64,000 nucleotides of DNA, taken from contig CAYNXY010000001.1 of assembly GCA_964401285.1 (NCBI GenBank), positions 3,342 through 67,341 on the forward strand, written 5' to 3'. Below the pieces are notes generated by a model. The model saw nothing but the letters and a program-made list of their open reading frames with translations, ran no database searches and was not told the origin of the DNA. The DNA comes from an uncultured Candidatus Saccharibacteria bacterium (GTDB lineage: Bacteria; Patescibacteriota; Minisyncoccia; Minisyncoccales; CAYTKG01). Every line of letters begins with the position of its first letter. Within the stretch, counting starts at the first letter, position 1. A program made the position numbers and the translations under genes. Positions 28,771 through 40,204 of the stretch are shown piece after piece.

Positions 28771-31700
28771 TTACCCCTCATTTTTTTGGAACCCTGTACC
28801 TGCCGGGACTAACTTTCCTACAATTACGTTTTCTTTCAGGCCGCGTAAAGGATCTTTCTGGTTCCGGAGGGCCGCTTCAATGAGCACCTTGGAGGTTCGC
28901 TGGAAAGATGCAGCAGAAAGAAAACTGTCCGCACTGAGAGAAACTTTGGAAATACCAAGCAGTAGCCGTTCAGCCTCCGCCTCTTTCCCTCCAGAATCCT
29001 TAACTTTTCTGTTTTCTTCTAAAAACCTATCCCGAGTAACAGTCTCGCCGGGAAGAAAAGGAGTATCCCCCGGAGTAGTCACCTTCACCCGGGAAAACAT
29101 TCTATTGATAATAACCTCGAAGTTCTTATCATGGATTTTAACTCCTTGAGAAACATATATTCTTTGCAGTTCGGAAAGGAAATAGCGCTGAGTATACTTT
29201 TTACCGCGCAGTCGAAAAAGCTCATTCAAATCAATGCTTCCTTCACAAAGACGCTGTCCTTTTTCTACTTCATCGCCTTTTTTAACCAATATTGGCTGGC
29301 TTTGTTTAATCTTATACTCTTTAATATCGGGTTTGGTTGCCTTTTTCTTGGAAGTGGGCTTTGGTCTTATCTTCACAACATCGTTTTTAACAGCAACCAC
29401 TTTCCCGAATACTTTGGAAACAACTGCTTTTCCTTTCGGTTTTCTTATTTCAAAAAGCTCTTCAGCGCGCGGCAGACCACGGGTGATGTCCGCCTCGCCT
29501 GCAACCCCGCCTGTGTGGAATGTCCTCATCGTAAGCTGAGTCCCCGGCTCTCCAATACTTTGAGCAGCCATTATACCAACCGCCTGACCCACATCAACCA
29601 ATTTGTTATAACCCAAATCCCAACCATAACACTTCCGGCAAACCCCCCATAAACTCTTACACGTAAGAGGTGAGCGGATTTTAACTTTCTCTATCCCTGC
29701 CTCCTCCATTTTATTTGCTTTTTTCCAACCTATCATTTCACCCTTTTTAACAATTACCTTGCCGTTCTCTCCTTTAACCTCTTCTAAAGAAATACGACCG
29801 GCAACCTTCTGACCCCAATCCTGGCCTAAATCCTCAGCGTCTTTGAAGTAAACATCCACCCCCTCCTCATCACCGCAATCTTCCTCCACTACCATTACGT
29901 CATGAGCTGCGTCCGCTAAACGCCGGGTAAGATATCCTGCCTCAGCAGTACCTAATGCCTTGTCCGAAATACCTTTCCGAGAGCCGTGCGTGGAGATGAA
30001 GTACTCAAGCACACTAAGCCCTTCTTTGAAACTACTTTTGACCGGCAACTCTACAACACGTCCGGAGGGGTCAACCATAAGCCCCCTCATTCCTCCAATC
30101 TGAATCGGCTGACTCCAAGAACCTCTACAACCGGAGTCGGCCATAATGAAAACAGGGTCATGCTGGGAAAGCTTTTGCGGAACAATCTCCTCCACTTTGT
30201 TTTTCGCTTCAGTCCAGGCCTTGATGGTTCTTTCGCTTTTTTCCTCTTCTGAAAGTAAACCCTTTTCATAAAGCCCTCTTACTTCATCCGTCTCTTTTTC
30301 TGCTTCTTCTAAAATCTCCTGCTTTTCTTCAAGAATAATAAAATCATCCACACCGAGAGAGATACCGCTTTTGGTGGCCCATAAAAACCCAATATCTTTG
30401 ATGCGGCTCACATATTCTGCCGCTTTTCGAGAACCATACTCTTCTATAATTCTCCAGGTTATATCTTCCAACCGACCGGAATCAAGCCGTTCATTATAAT
30501 AAGGAAAACGGTCCGGTAAAATATCATTAAACATAATCCTTCCTACTGAAGTTTCAGTAAGCTTATCCTTCTTTGACTCCTTCACTCCTCTCACTTTTAT
30601 TTTCGCCTGGACATGAACCAATCCCCTCTCAAAAGCAGCCAGGGCTTCACGCGGGCTGGAAAAGGTTTTCCCTTCACCGGAAACTCCTTCTCTCAGAGTG
30701 GTAAGCCAATAGGAACCCATAATCATATCCTGAGAAGGGTTGATAATTGGTTTCCCGTGAGCCGGCTTGAGTAGATTCAAACTAGAAAGCATTATCTCTT
30801 TTGCTTCTTTTTGTGCTTCCTCGGAAAGCGGGAGGTGCATCGCCATCTGGTCACCATCAAAGTCAGCATTGTAAGCAGGGCAGACAAGAGGCGGTATCTG
30901 AATTGCCTTTCCTTCTATAAGGGTTGGTTCAAAGGCCTGGATAGAAAGCCGGTGCAGAGTGGGAGCTCTGTTCAAAAGAACATATTGTCCCTCCACTACA
31001 TCTTCCAAGGCAGCCCAAACCTCATCCGTTTTTTGGTCAATCATCTCTTTTGCGCTGCGTACATTGTAGGCCTCTTCTTTTTCTAAAAGCTCTTTGATTA
31101 CAAACGGTTTAAAAACTTCAAGGGCCATCTCCTTAGGAATCCCCGCCTTATGAAGGGGCAGATCTGGGCCGACAACAATTACCGCCCGGCCTGAATAATC
31201 AACTCTTTTTCCTAAAAGATTCCTTCTGAATCGACCCTTTTTACCCTTAAGCATATCGGCTAAACTTTTAAGCGGTCTTCTCCCGCCGGCAGCTGGGCGA
31301 GTAACTGTGCTGGAGCGCATACCATTGTCCACCAAAGCATCAACCGCTTCCTGAAGCATTCGTTTTTCATTCCGGACAATAACTTCCGGAGCTGAAATCT
31401 CAAGAAGGTATTTAAGCCGGTTGTTGCGGTTTATCACCCGCCGGTAAAGATCATTAAGATCAGAAGAAGCGTATCTCCCTCCATCCAACTGGACCATCGG
31501 TCTGAGCCCGGGAGGGAGAACAGGTAAAACCTTAAAAAACATCCATTCCGGACGCACGTCAGCTCTTTCCAGCCCTTCAAAAAACTTTAAACGGCGCAGA
31601 ACTTTTTTTCTCCTCGAGGAAGGTGCCTCTTCGTATTCATGACGGAGTTTCTCAATCTCTTCTTCAACATCAATGCTTTCAAATATTTCATAGAGAGCCT

Positions 31701-32361
31701 CCGCTCCTGTTTTTGCTTCAAAAACTTCTCCGTATTTCAAACTAAGACGCCTGTATTCAATCTCAGAGATAACATTGTGTCTTTTTATCATTGAAAGCTG
31801 ATCAACCGCCTTACTCCGGGCAAGACGTAGTTCCCGCAAAGCATTTTTAAGCTTTTCCTCGTCCTCTATTTCACTTTTCTTTTGCTTCACTTCGTTTTTG
31901 TACTCCTCATCTATTTCCTCCAACACCCTTTCCTTCCCTTCGTCCGATACGGAGGTGATTATATAAGAAACAAAATAAACAACGTTAGAAAGGTCACGCC
32001 GGGAAACACCAAGCACCATTCCCATTCTTGACGGGATGCCGCGTAAAAACCAAATATGAGCTACCGGCGCTGCCAAATCAATATGGCCCATCCTCTCCCT
32101 TCTTACTTTACTGCTTGTCACCTCCACCCCGCACCTGTCACATACGATTCCTTTGTACTGACGGCCTCTGTATTTTCCGCAATAGCATTGGTAATCCTTA
32201 GTCGGACCAAATATTTTTTCGCAGAACAAACCGTCTTTTTCCGGCTTGAGAGTGCGGTAGTTTATAGTTTCCGGCTCCAACACCTCCCCGTGAGACCAGG
32301 AAAAGATTTCCTCAGGAGAGGCAAGCTTGATACGAATACTTTCAAAGTCTTTTATTTCCAT
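28771..32361 (-). CDS. rpoC: DNA-directed RNA polymerase subunit beta'
   Basis: Zn-finger CDRCGVEV, the [14 protein letters not shown] catalytic motif and 1196 aa. Confidence 0.95.
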   Translation of the reverse strand: MEIKDFESIRIKLASPEEIFSWSHGEVLEPETINYRTLKPEKDGLFCEKIFGPTKDYQCYCGKYRGRQYKGIVCDRCGVEVTSSKVRRERMGHIDLAAPVAHIWFLRGIPSRMGMVLGVSRRDLSNVVYFVSYIITSVSDEGKERVLEEIDEEYKNEVKQKKSEIEDEEKLKNALRELRLARSKAVDQLSMIKRHNVISEIEYRRLSLKYGEVFEAKTGAEALYEIFESIDVEEEIEKLRHEYEEAPSSRRKKVLRRLKFFEGLERADVRPEWMFFKVLPVLPPGLRPMVQLDGGRYASSDLNDLYRRVINRNNRLKYLLEISAPEVIVRNEKRMLQEAVDALVDNGMRSSTVTRPAAGGRRPLKSLADMLKGKKGRFRRNLLGKRVDYSGRAVIVVGPDLPLHKAGIPKEMALEVFKPFVIKELLEKEEAYNVRSAKEMIDQKTDEVWAALEDVVEGQYVLLNRAPTLHRLSIQAFEPTLIEGKAIQIPPLVCPAYNADFDGDQMAMHLPLSEEAQKEAKEIMLSSLNLLKPAHGKPIINPSQDMIMGSYWLTTLREGVSGEGKTFSSPREALAAFERGLVHVQAKIKVRGVKESKKDKLTETSVGRIMFNDILPDRFPYYNERLDSGRLEDITWRIIEEYGSRKAAEYVSRIKDIGFLWATKSGISLGVDDFIILEEKQEILEEAEKETDEVRGLYEKGLLSEEEKSERTIKAWTEAKNKVEEIVPQKLSQHDPVFIMADSGCRGSWSQPIQIGGMRGLMVDPSGRVVELPVKSSFKEGLSVLEYFISTHGSRKGISDKALGTAEAGYLTRRLADAAHDVMVVEEDCGDEEGVDVYFKDAEDLGQDWGQKVAGRISLEEVKGENGKVIVKKGEMIGWKKANKMEEAGIEKVKIRSPLTCKSLWGVCRKCYGWDLGYNKLVDVGQAVGIMAAQSIGEPGTQLTMRTFHTGGVAGEADITRGLPRAEELFEIRKPKGKAVVSKVFGKVVAVKNDVVKIRPKPTSKKKATKPDIKEYKIKQSQPILVKKGDEVEKGQRLCEGSIDLNELFRLRGKKYTQRYFLSELQRIYVSQGVKIHDKNFEVIINRMFSRVKVTTPGDTPFLPGETVTRDRFLEENRKVKDSGGKEAEAERLLLGISKVSLSADSFLSAASFQRTSKVLIEAALRNQKDPLRGLKENVIVGKLVPAGTGFQKNEG

Positions 32362-32375
32362 AAAAATATAAGAAT

Positions 32376-35300
32376 TTAATCTTCCTCGATTATTATGTTG
32401 AGTCCCAATGACTTCATTTCGTTTACTAAAAGTGTGAAAGAAGCAGGTATGGTCGGTGTCTTGATCTTTTTCCCCTGAAGAATGGATTTATAGGCCTGAG
32501 CACGACCCACAACATCGTCTGATTTAATGGTTAACATCTCCTGCAAGCTATAAGCAGCGCCATACCCTTCCAAAGACCAAACCTCCATCTCACCAAATCG
32601 CTGTCCTCCAAATTGAGCTTTCCCACCCAAGGGCTGCTGGGTGATAAGAGAATAAGGCCCAATTGACCTCATGTGCAGCTTGTCTTCAGCCATGTGGTCG
32701 AGTTTTAACATATACATATATCCCACCGCCACCTTGTCGTAAAACGGTTCTCCTGTCCGACCGTCATAGAGTTTCATTTTCCCATCTTCCGGGAGATCAG
32801 CCTTTTTAAGTTCTTCCTTAATCTCAGTCGTTGTCGCCCCGGAAAACGAAGGGCTCAAAGCCCGATATCCGAGTTTAGAGGCGGCGAAACCCAAATGCGC
32901 CTCCAAAACCTGACCGATGTTCATTCTCTTAATAATCCCTGTAGGGTTGAGAATAACATCAATCGGGGTCCCGTCCTCCAAAAAAGGCATATCCTCTTCG
33001 GGTAAAATTTTAGTAATAACACCCTTGTTCCCGTGTCTGTTAGCAAGTTTATCACCTACTGTTAATTTCCTGATTTGGGCCACCTCGACGTCAATCTGCT
33101 TAATAACACCAGCATCAAGACGGTGCCCCTTTTCCCGGGAAAATGTCTTAATATCCATCACCGTCCCCCTCTCTCCGTGTTTAAGAGTAAGCGAGGTATT
33201 CTTCACCTGTTTTGCTTTTTCACCAAAAATGGCCTTCAAAAGACGTTCTTCGGCTGTGAGAGTTTCTTTCTCCCGCGGGGAAACCTTGCCCACCAAAATA
33301 TCATTGGAGTCCACCCTGGAACCAATTCTTATTACCCCCTCTTCATCAAGATTGGAAAGTTTCTCCTTGCTCACATTGGGGATATCGTATGTAGTTTGCT
33401 CCGGCCCCACTTTAGTGTCTCTCACCTGACAAGAAAAACTTCTAACCCTTATTGAACTGAGATCGTCGTCTTTTAAAAGGCGTTCGGAAACAAGAATGGC
33501 ATCCTCGTAATTAGCTCCACCCCAGGACATGATGGCAACCAGCATATTCTTTCCTATTGAGACCTTGCCGTCTTTTATGGCTCCTCCCTCAGCCAAAACT
33601 TCTCCTTTTTCGACCTCCTGTCCTTTTTCCACAACTGGCTTTTGATGAAAACAAGAGTTTTTATTGGTCTGAGCAAAAGTTCTTAACGGATAATTCTTTT
33701 CTACTTTTTTGCCCTTAGCACCTTCAACTTCCAGCTTGACATGTTCTCCGTCAACCTCTATTACTTTACCTTTCTTTCCAGCTCTGATTTGAAGCCCGGA
33801 ATCGCGGGCCACTCTTTCTTCCAACCCACTCAAAACAAGAGGAACATCGGGCTGGATCAAAGGAAGCGACTGTCTCTGCATGTTGGAGCCCATAAGAGCC
33901 CTGTTGGCGTCATTATTTTGCTGGAAAGGAACTGATGCGGGAGCAACAGATAATATCTGCTCCGGGGAAACATCTACGAAGTCAAGCTCCTCTCTATCTG
34001 CAATACCCGGCTCTCCATTGATCCGTGCCTCTACTTCTTTTTCTAAAATTTTTCCTTTTTTATTGGTTTCTATGAGCCCGGAGCCGATAATCTTTTCTTC
34101 TTCTTCAAAAGCATTAAGATAAACAATTTCGTCGGTAACACGCCCGTTTTCAACACGAAAGTAAGGGGTTTCTATAAAACCAAGCTCATTTACACGGGCA
34201 TAAAGAGAAAGATGCACAATAAGACCGACATTTTGTCCTTCGGGTGTTTGGATAGGACAAACCCGGCCGTAATGAGACGGTTGCACGTCTCTTACCTCAA
34301 AACCAGCTCTTTCACTGGTCAATCCCTGCGGCCCCTTGGCTGTCAATTCTCTTTTGTGTTCAATCTCAGCCACCGGATTCTCGTTGTCCATAAACTGGCT
34401 CATTTGGCCGGTAGCAAAAAAGGATTGCACGCGGGCTTCATAAACTCGCGGGTTTATGATGTCAGAAGCTCTAATGTCAGTAATATCACGGGAAGCCATT
34501 CTATCCTTGGCAACTCTTTCCAATCTTCTCATCCCCACTCGCAGCGAGTTAAGAAGAAGTTCCGTGAAAACACGCACTCTTCTGTTCCCCAAGTGGTCAA
34601 TCTTGTCCGGTTTAGCCCCCGGGGTGTTGTTGAGACGAATAATTTCCTCCGTAACAGCAAAAACATCCTCGGGCTTTAAAGCCCTGTCTTCTCTTTCTAT
34701 TTTTTCAATTAAGTTGTCTCCTTTGGGAGCTGTTTTAGGAAGACGCTGCCATATTTTCCAACGGCCCACATCACCAAAGTCATAACGTTTGGGATTAAAA
34801 AACATGTCTTCCACAAACTCTTGAGCCACCTCTACCGTTCCTCTTTCTCCGGGCCTTAAGCGGCTGTAGATTTCAAGAAAGGCCTCTTTTTTGTTCCCTG
34901 TAGGGTCTTTCTTCAATGTTTTTTCAATATAATCCTCCTCTCCCTGGCTTATAACTTCCTTGTAGTATTCCTTAATCTCTTCCTCCTTCCCCATACCCAA
35001 AGCCCGCAGCAAGGTAGTAACCGGGACATTGCGCCTTCTATTTATTTTCACCGCAAGAGAACCACTCCAGTGAGTCAAGAACCGAAGCCAGGCGCCTCGA
35101 TCCGGGATTATTTTGGCTCCAAAAACCTGCTTACCCCTCACTTTCCTTGCTGTAAAAAATACGCCCGGAGAGCGTATCAATTGAGAAATAGCAACCCTTT
35201 CCACGCCTTCAATAATAAAAGTTCCCCTCTCTGTAAGAAGGGGGAAGTTAGCCAAACGAACATCCTGTTTCCTTTCCTTTCCTGTTTTAAGGTTGACTAG

Positions 35301-35564
35301 TTTGGTTTTTATCTTAAGAGGAGCTTCGTAGGAAGCGTTATTCTGCCGCGCCTCTTCCCTGCTCTTGTATTTGGGTTCATCCAAATAATAATCAAGGATG
35401 TGAAGCTCCAGCTTTTTGCCGGTGTAGTCCTTTATTGGTGAAAACTCTTGGAAAAGAGCACCCATGTCCTGCTCCCAAAACTTTTCCCAACTCCTTTTTT
35501 GTAGAGTCAAAAGGTTCCCTACTGGCAAATTATATTTGCTTTTAGAAAAATCTTTAATTCTCAT
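32376..35564 (-). CDS. rpoB: DNA-directed RNA polymerase subunit beta
   Basis: Rif region, [15 protein letters not shown], 1062 aa. It lies directly upstream of rpoC with a 14-nt gap. Confidence 0.95.
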   Translation of the reverse strand: MRIKDFSKSKYNLPVGNLLTLQKRSWEKFWEQDMGALFQEFSPIKDYTGKKLELHILDYYLDEPKYKSREEARQNNASYEAPLKIKTKLVNLKTGKERKQDVRLANFPLLTERGTFIIEGVERVAISQLIRSPGVFFTARKVRGKQVFGAKIIPDRGAWLRFLTHWSGSLAVKINRRRNVPVTTLLRALGMGKEEEIKEYYKEVISQGEEDYIEKTLKKDPTGNKKEAFLEIYSRLRPGERGTVEVAQEFVEDMFFNPKRYDFGDVGRWKIWQRLPKTAPKGDNLIEKIEREDRALKPEDVFAVTEEIIRLNNTPGAKPDKIDHLGNRRVRVFTELLLNSLRVGMRRLERVAKDRMASRDITDIRASDIINPRVYEARVQSFFATGQMSQFMDNENPVAEIEHKRELTAKGPQGLTSERAGFEVRDVQPSHYGRVCPIQTPEGQNVGLIVHLSLYARVNELGFIETPYFRVENGRVTDEIVYLNAFEEEEKIIGSGLIETNKKGKILEKEVEARINGEPGIADREELDFVDVSPEQILSVAPASVPFQQNNDANRALMGSNMQRQSLPLIQPDVPLVLSGLEERVARDSGLQIRAGKKGKVIEVDGEHVKLEVEGAKGKKVEKNYPLRTFAQTNKNSCFHQKPVVEKGQEVEKGEVLAEGGAIKDGKVSIGKNMLVAIMSWGGANYEDAILVSERLLKDDDLSSIRVRSFSCQVRDTKVGPEQTTYDIPNVSKEKLSNLDEEGVIRIGSRVDSNDILVGKVSPREKETLTAEERLLKAIFGEKAKQVKNTSLTLKHGERGTVMDIKTFSREKGHRLDAGVIKQIDVEVAQIRKLTVGDKLANRHGNKGVITKILPEEDMPFLEDGTPIDVILNPTGIIKRMNIGQVLEAHLGFAASKLGYRALSPSFSGATTTEIKEELKKADLPEDGKMKLYDGRTGEPFYDKVAVGYMYMLKLDHMAEDKLHMRSIGPYSLITQQPLGGKAQFGGQRFGEMEVWSLEGYGAAYSLQEMLTIKSDDVVGRAQAYKSILQGKKIKTPTIPASFTLLVNEMKSLGLNIIIEED

Positions 35565-35716
35565 GCCGAGATGCCAAAATAAGTTTTAGAGATTTATAAA
35601 AAAAAGATACCCTAAATAAAACCCGCCCTCTCCATGCGGTCAGGGTGTAAGGTCCTCTTCAATTGAAATTCTTAATCTGAATACGCTTACTATTGTAATC
35701 CACTTCCATTTTTTTG

Positions 35717-38098
35717 TCAACCCTCTTCTTGCTCCTCAGATAACGCCACGATGGTTTTCATCACTACGTCAGGATTAAGAGAAATAGAATCAATCCCCTC
35801 TTTCACTAGAAACCGGGCGAATTCGGGGAAATCACTCGGCGCCTGCCCGCAGATGCCCGAATATTTTCCTCTTTTTTTACATTCCTGCACCGCCCTTGCC
35901 ACCATTTTTTTTACTGCCTCGTTTCTCTCGTCCGCTTTCTCGGCCAGTTTGGTATTATCCCTGTCTATCCCCAGCGTCAACTGCGTCAAATCATTGGACC
36001 CGATGGAATAACCGTCAAATGTCTCTAAAAAACGAGCTGCCGACTCCACATTGGAAGGGATTTCACACATCAAATAAACATTCAACTCATTTTCACCCCG
36101 TTTCAAACCAAAACCTGCCATAAGTTCCAAAACCTCTCTCCCCTCTTCCACCGTACGACAAAAAGGAATCATTACCGATATATTCTTTAACCCGAAAACA
36201 TCACGAGCCCTTTTAATCGCCTCACATTCCATTTCAAAAGCGGGTTGAAAACTTTCATCAAGATAGCGTGCAGCACCCCTAAACCCCAACATGGGGTTGG
36301 ATTCCTGGTCTTCAAAAAGCTCTCCACCTATCAAGTTTTCATACTCATTAGTTTTGAAATCGGAAAAACGAACAATCACCTCGCGCGGGTAAAAGGCGGC
36401 TCCAATCTGAGCCATTCCTTCAGCCAGTTCTTTAACAAAATATTCTTTCTTGTCCTTATGCTCTACGGTTAGCTCTTTTATTTTTTCTTTTACTTCCTGG
36501 TCCTCAAGTTCTTCGTAATGGTAAAGCGCCAAGGGGTGAACCCTTATCTTTTCTGCGATTATAAACTCCTCGCGGGCCAACCCTACCCCGCTTACAGGCA
36601 GAAAAGAGGTGTGGAAAGCAACCTCGGGGGCCCCGATATTAACCATAATTTTTGTCTCAAGCTCTGGAATTTTTTCCAAATTATACTCTTCCACTTCGTA
36701 AGAAACCTCTCCTTTAAAAATCCGACCGGAAAGCCCCTGAGTGCAATCCACCGTTACTTCGTCCCCCGTTTTAAGCATCTCTGTCCCTTTTCTCGTCCCC
36801 ACAATGCAGGGAACACCCAGTTCTCTTGAAACAATTGCCGCATGGCATGTTTTGCTGCCTTCATTCGTAATGATAGCCGAAGCCATTCTCATCACCGGTA
36901 CCCAGTCGGGGTCCGTCATCTCCGTTACCAAAACCTCCCCTTTCTTAAACTGAGAAATCTTGGAAACGTCAGAAATAACATGCACCTTACCCTGTCCAAT
37001 TTTGTTGCCGATGGCAATTCCTTCTAAAATCGGGTCTTCGCTGGTTTGAAGGTGGTATTCCTTGTAGGACCTTCCCTTTTTGGGGGCGTGAACGGTTTCC
37101 GGTCTTGACTGAACGATGAAAAGCTTCCCTGTTTCTCCATCCTTCGCCCATTCCACGTCCTGCGGACGGCCGTAACGCTCTTCAATAGCCATCCCCCAGC
37201 GCGCTAAGGTTAAGGCCTCTTCGTCGGTTAATGAAAACTCTCTTTCTTTCTCCCCCGACACCCCCACTTCTTTCAATCCGCCTTTTTTAGCATAAACAAG
37301 CTTTTTGTCTTTGCGACCCAAATCTTTACGAATAATACTTTTATACCCTTCTTCCAATGTGGGTTTAAAAACATAAAACTCGTCCGCCGTTATCTTCCCC
37401 TTGACAATCATTTCTCCAACCCCCCAGATGGAATTAATAAGAACCACATTGCTAAACCCCGTTTCCGTATCTATCGTGAACATCACCCCGGAAGAAGCAA
37501 GATCCGAACGAACCATTTTTTGCACACCGATAGAAAGGGCAAACTCCAAGTGGTCAATGCCTTTTTCTTCTCTGTAAGCTATTACCCTGTCTCCAAAAGA
37601 AGAAGCAAGACATTCTTTAAGAGCTTTCAAAAGCTCTTTTTTGCCCGAAACATTTAAAAACGTCTCAAACTGGCCGGCAAAAGAATCCTCGGGAGCATCC
37701 TCAGCCACCCCGGAGGAGCGAACAGCAACACTGACTTCTTTTTTCCCGTATCTTTCACTCAGCTCTTCATAATATTCTCCCACCTGCTCTTTTAATTCTT
37801 CCGGAAACTTTGCTTTACTTATAAGACGGCGGGCTTTCTTGCCGACGATCTGCAAACTTTTTATGCTGTCCGGGTTAAAATCTTTAAAAACTTTTTCCAA
37901 CTTCGGAGCAAGCTCGTTTTCTTTTATAAAAAACCAGTATGCTTTGGTGGTTAAGGCAAATCCTCCCGGAACGGAGACCCCCTTACTGGAAAGAGCGGCA
38001 ATCATTTCCCCTAAAGAAGCGTTCTTACCCCCCACAAGAGGAATGTCTTTTTTATCAACCTCGCCAAATTTTAAAACGTATTTATCTTTCTTACTCAT
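35717..38098 (-). CDS. ppsA: Phosphoenolpyruvate synthase (pyruvate, water dikinase)
   Basis: 793 aa with an N-terminal PPDK_N nucleotide-binding domain, a phospho-His domain (GSKTCHAAIVSRELGVPCIVG) and a C-terminal PEP-utilising TIM barrel. Confidence 0.85.
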   Translation of the reverse strand: MSKKDKYVLKFGEVDKKDIPLVGGKNASLGEMIAALSSKGVSVPGGFALTTKAYWFFIKENELAPKLEKVFKDFNPDSIKSLQIVGKKARRLISKAKFPEELKEQVGEYYEELSERYGKKEVSVAVRSSGVAEDAPEDSFAGQFETFLNVSGKKELLKALKECLASSFGDRVIAYREEKGIDHLEFALSIGVQKMVRSDLASSGVMFTIDTETGFSNVVLINSIWGVGEMIVKGKITADEFYVFKPTLEEGYKSIIRKDLGRKDKKLVYAKKGGLKEVGVSGEKEREFSLTDEEALTLARWGMAIEERYGRPQDVEWAKDGETGKLFIVQSRPETVHAPKKGRSYKEYHLQTSEDPILEGIAIGNKIGQGKVHVISDVSKISQFKKGEVLVTEMTDPDWVPVMRMASAIITNEGSKTCHAAIVSRELGVPCIVGTRKGTEMLKTGDEVTVDCTQGLSGRIFKGEVSYEVEEYNLEKIPELETKIMVNIGAPEVAFHTSFLPVSGVGLAREEFIIAEKIRVHPLALYHYEELEDQEVKEKIKELTVEHKDKKEYFVKELAEGMAQIGAAFYPREVIVRFSDFKTNEYENLIGGELFEDQESNPMLGFRGAARYLDESFQPAFEMECEAIKRARDVFGLKNISVMIPFCRTVEEGREVLELMAGFGLKRGENELNVYLMCEIPSNVESAARFLETFDGYSIGSNDLTQLTLGIDRDNTKLAEKADERNEAVKKMVARAVQECKKRGKYSGICGQAPSDFPEFARFLVKEGIDSISLNPDVVMKTIVALSEEQEEG

Positions 38099-39434
38099 TT
38101 TTTTGTAAGGCCTTTAAAGCCAACGCTGCTTCGCGCGGCTCGCTGTAATTAGGTATATTATTTTCTTCTAAAATTTTTACGGATTCTTGAGTCAGCTTCC
38201 CGCCCATAAAGCAACCGATAACGGGTTTATCCGGGTGTCTTTCCCCCGCCTTTGCTACCACCTTAGCATTTTGAGCTGCTTTTGTCATTATTTGAAGGGT
38301 TTGGATCACAATAAGGGCCCCCACGTTTTCGTCATTTAAAAGTGTGTTTAAGGCCTCCTCGTAAGTTTGAGGAGAGGCATCGCCTACCACATCAAGAGGA
38401 TTAGCAAAAGAAGAAGCGGGATGAAGCGCGGGAGAATCTTTTAACTTTTCAATAGTGTCTTTTTTAAGGGAAGCCATTTCTAAACCCAACTCACTGCAGT
38501 AGTCAACCGTGAGAGCCCCCGGACCGCCGGCATTGGTAACAATCCCCACTTTTCCCTTAAAACGCGGGCACCAAGCTAAAGCTTTACTTACATTCAAGAG
38601 TTCTGTTATGGTTTCTACTTCAAAAACACCCGTCTCTTTAAAAACTGCCGAGTATATTTCTCTTTGCCCGGCCAAAGAGCCGGTGTGAGAAGAAACAGCT
38701 TTTGTCCCCGCCTCAGTTTTCCCAGCTTTAAGAGCAACCACCGGCTTTGAAAGGCTCTTCAAGGTTTTTAAAAGGAGCCGGCCGTCATTTACTCCTTCAA
38801 GGTAAATAGCTGCATTTTTTGTTTCCCCGTCCCCGTCAAGCCATTTTAAAAAATCGGAAAGGCCGAGTCCTGCCGAGTTTCCCAAAGAAATAATACTTGA
38901 GAATCCGTAATTTTCCGTAAGAGATGCATCGATGATAGAATCGATAAGGGCGCCTGATTGAGAAATCAAGGCAATATTCCCCGGCTGAGGCGAAGCCGGC
39001 GCGAAAGAAGCATTCAGTTTTTTTGCAGGACGCAAAACTCCCAGACAATTCGGCCCCAAAAAAGGAATACCCGCTTTTTCCAAAACATCTTTCACCTTTC
39101 TCTCCCGCATCGCCCCTTCTTTTCCCGTTTCAGAAAAACCAGCAGAGATAATAATTACCCCTCCCACCTTTTTCTCTGCCGTCTCTTTTGCCACCTGAGG
39201 CACAATCTCTGCCGGGACAGCAATTATTGCTAAATCAACTTCCCCCTTAATATCAGTAATCTTATCGTAAGCTTTATTCTCCAAAATCTCTTTTTTATTG
39301 GGGTTTACAAAATAAATCTTTCTCTGTTTTTCTCCTTCCAAAAGATTTTTGCAAAGCCCCAAACCAACCGATCCCGGCCGGTCCGTTGCTCCAATAACAG
39401 CTACAGATTTTGGATCAAATATCTTCTCCATAAT
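38091..39434 (-). CDS. ADP-forming acetyl-CoA synthetase (NDP-forming acyl-CoA synthetase) alpha subunit (start moved to MEKIFD)
   Basis: Collinear with archaeal ACD alpha (KSVAVIGATDRPGSVG...VDLAIIAVPAEIVPQV...GFSETGKEG...GPNCLG). The ORF-track start at 39473 would translate through the palindromic repeat. The internal ATG has a GAGGGGG Shine-Dalgarno sequence. Confidence 0.8.
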   Translation of the reverse strand: MMEKIFDPKSVAVIGATDRPGSVGLGLCKNLLEGEKQRKIYFVNPNKKEILENKAYDKITDIKGEVDLAIIAVPAEIVPQVAKETAEKKVGGVIIISAGFSETGKEGAMRERKVKDVLEKAGIPFLGPNCLGVLRPAKKLNASFAPASPQPGNIALISQSGALIDSIIDASLTENYGFSSIISLGNSAGLGLSDFLKWLDGDGETKNAAIYLEGVNDGRLLLKTLKSLSKPVVALKAGKTEAGTKAVSSHTGSLAGQREIYSAVFKETGVFEVETITELLNVSKALAWCPRFKGKVGIVTNAGGPGALTVDYCSELGLEMASLKKDTIEKLKDSPALHPASSFANPLDVVGDASPQTYEEALNTLLNDENVGALIVIQTLQIMTKAAQNAKVVAKAGERHPDKPVIGCFMGGKLTQESVKILEENNIPNYSEPREAALALKALQKNE

Positions 39435-39440
39435 CCCCCT

Positions 39441-39465
39441 CTGTGCAATACCTGGTATTGCACAG
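39441..39465. repeat. Dispersed palindromic element, copy 2 (CTGTGCAATACCTGGTATTGCACAG), followed by a tandem GCACAGTTA duplication
   Basis: 12-bp perfect arms around a single central T. It lies 7 nt upstream of the ACD-alpha start and 30 nt downstream of ACD-beta. Confidence 0.8.
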
Positions 39466-39494
39466 TTATGCACAGTTACACGCAGGTTAAAAAG

Positions 39495-40115
39495 TTATTT
39501 CGTTAATATTTTAGCATCTACTACAAGTGCCTTTTTCGAATTCGCAATGACAGGGTTGAAATCAATCTCCTCAACCTCTTCTTGTTCGAGAGAAAACCTT
39601 GAAAGATTCACCAGGATATCCACTAACTCTTCTATTTTTACCTCTTCTTTTTCTCTAAAACCTTGAAGCACCTTAAAACTCTTAATCTCCCTCATCATTC
39701 TTCCTGCTTCCTTTCTGTTGATCGGAGCCACCCGGAAAGAAACATCTTTAAGAACCTCTGTAAATATACCGCCCAGTCCGAACATGATCACGGGCCCGAA
39801 CTGCTCGTCCCGTTTCATCCCCATTATAATTTCAGTCCCTTCAATATGCTTTTGAACAATAACTTTCCCGCCGAGAGCTGAAACACTTTTCCATCCTTTT
39901 TCAAAGTCCTGTCTGTTACGAATGTCAACCACCACCCCGCCTTTTTCAGTGCGGTGAAGCACTTCGGGCGAAGCAGTTTTTAAAACGATAGGCCAACCGA
40001 GATTTTCCGCTTTGTTAAGACCCTCTTTTTTAGAGTCAACTAAAAAGTTCTTTACATAAGGAATGCCGTACTTTTTTAAAAGCTTTTTTGTTTTTTCAAA
40101 GCTTAATCTTTCCAT
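39495..40115 (-). CDS. ADP-forming acetyl-CoA synthetase beta subunit (ATP-grasp domain)
   Basis: ATP-grasp_5-like (GWPIVLKTASPEVLHRTEKGGVVVDIRN...GTEIIMGMKRDEQFGPVIMFGLGGIFTEVLKD); 206 aa. It lies upstream of the alpha subunit. Confidence 0.75.
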   Translation of the reverse strand: MERLSFEKTKKLLKKYGIPYVKNFLVDSKKEGLNKAENLGWPIVLKTASPEVLHRTEKGGVVVDIRNRQDFEKGWKSVSALGGKVIVQKHIEGTEIIMGMKRDEQFGPVIMFGLGGIFTEVLKDVSFRVAPINRKEAGRMMREIKSFKVLQGFREKEEVKIEELVDILVNLSRFSLEQEEVEEIDFNPVIANSKKALVVDAKILTK

Positions 40116-40204
40116 TTAGATATTATACCTTATGAGAACCTAAAACAAAAACTGAAATTAGTGAAAAATAACTCTCCTTTAAATAAAGGGCTGACTCCTA
40201 AGAA

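Noticed and set aside
35590-35660. Possible terminator of ppsA before rpoB
   Set aside because: Only a 4-bp GC stem (CCGC/GCGG) with a 9-nt loop was found, too weak to call. Read-through into rpoB seems likely.
39435-39473. N-terminal extension MHNCAIPGIAQRG of the ACD-alpha ORF (also ORFs 39349..39666 and 61341..61544, which translate ...PGIAQ...)
   Set aside because: These peptides are simply translations of the palindromic repeat. The homologous N-terminus begins at MEKIFDPKSVAVIG, which has a good SD.
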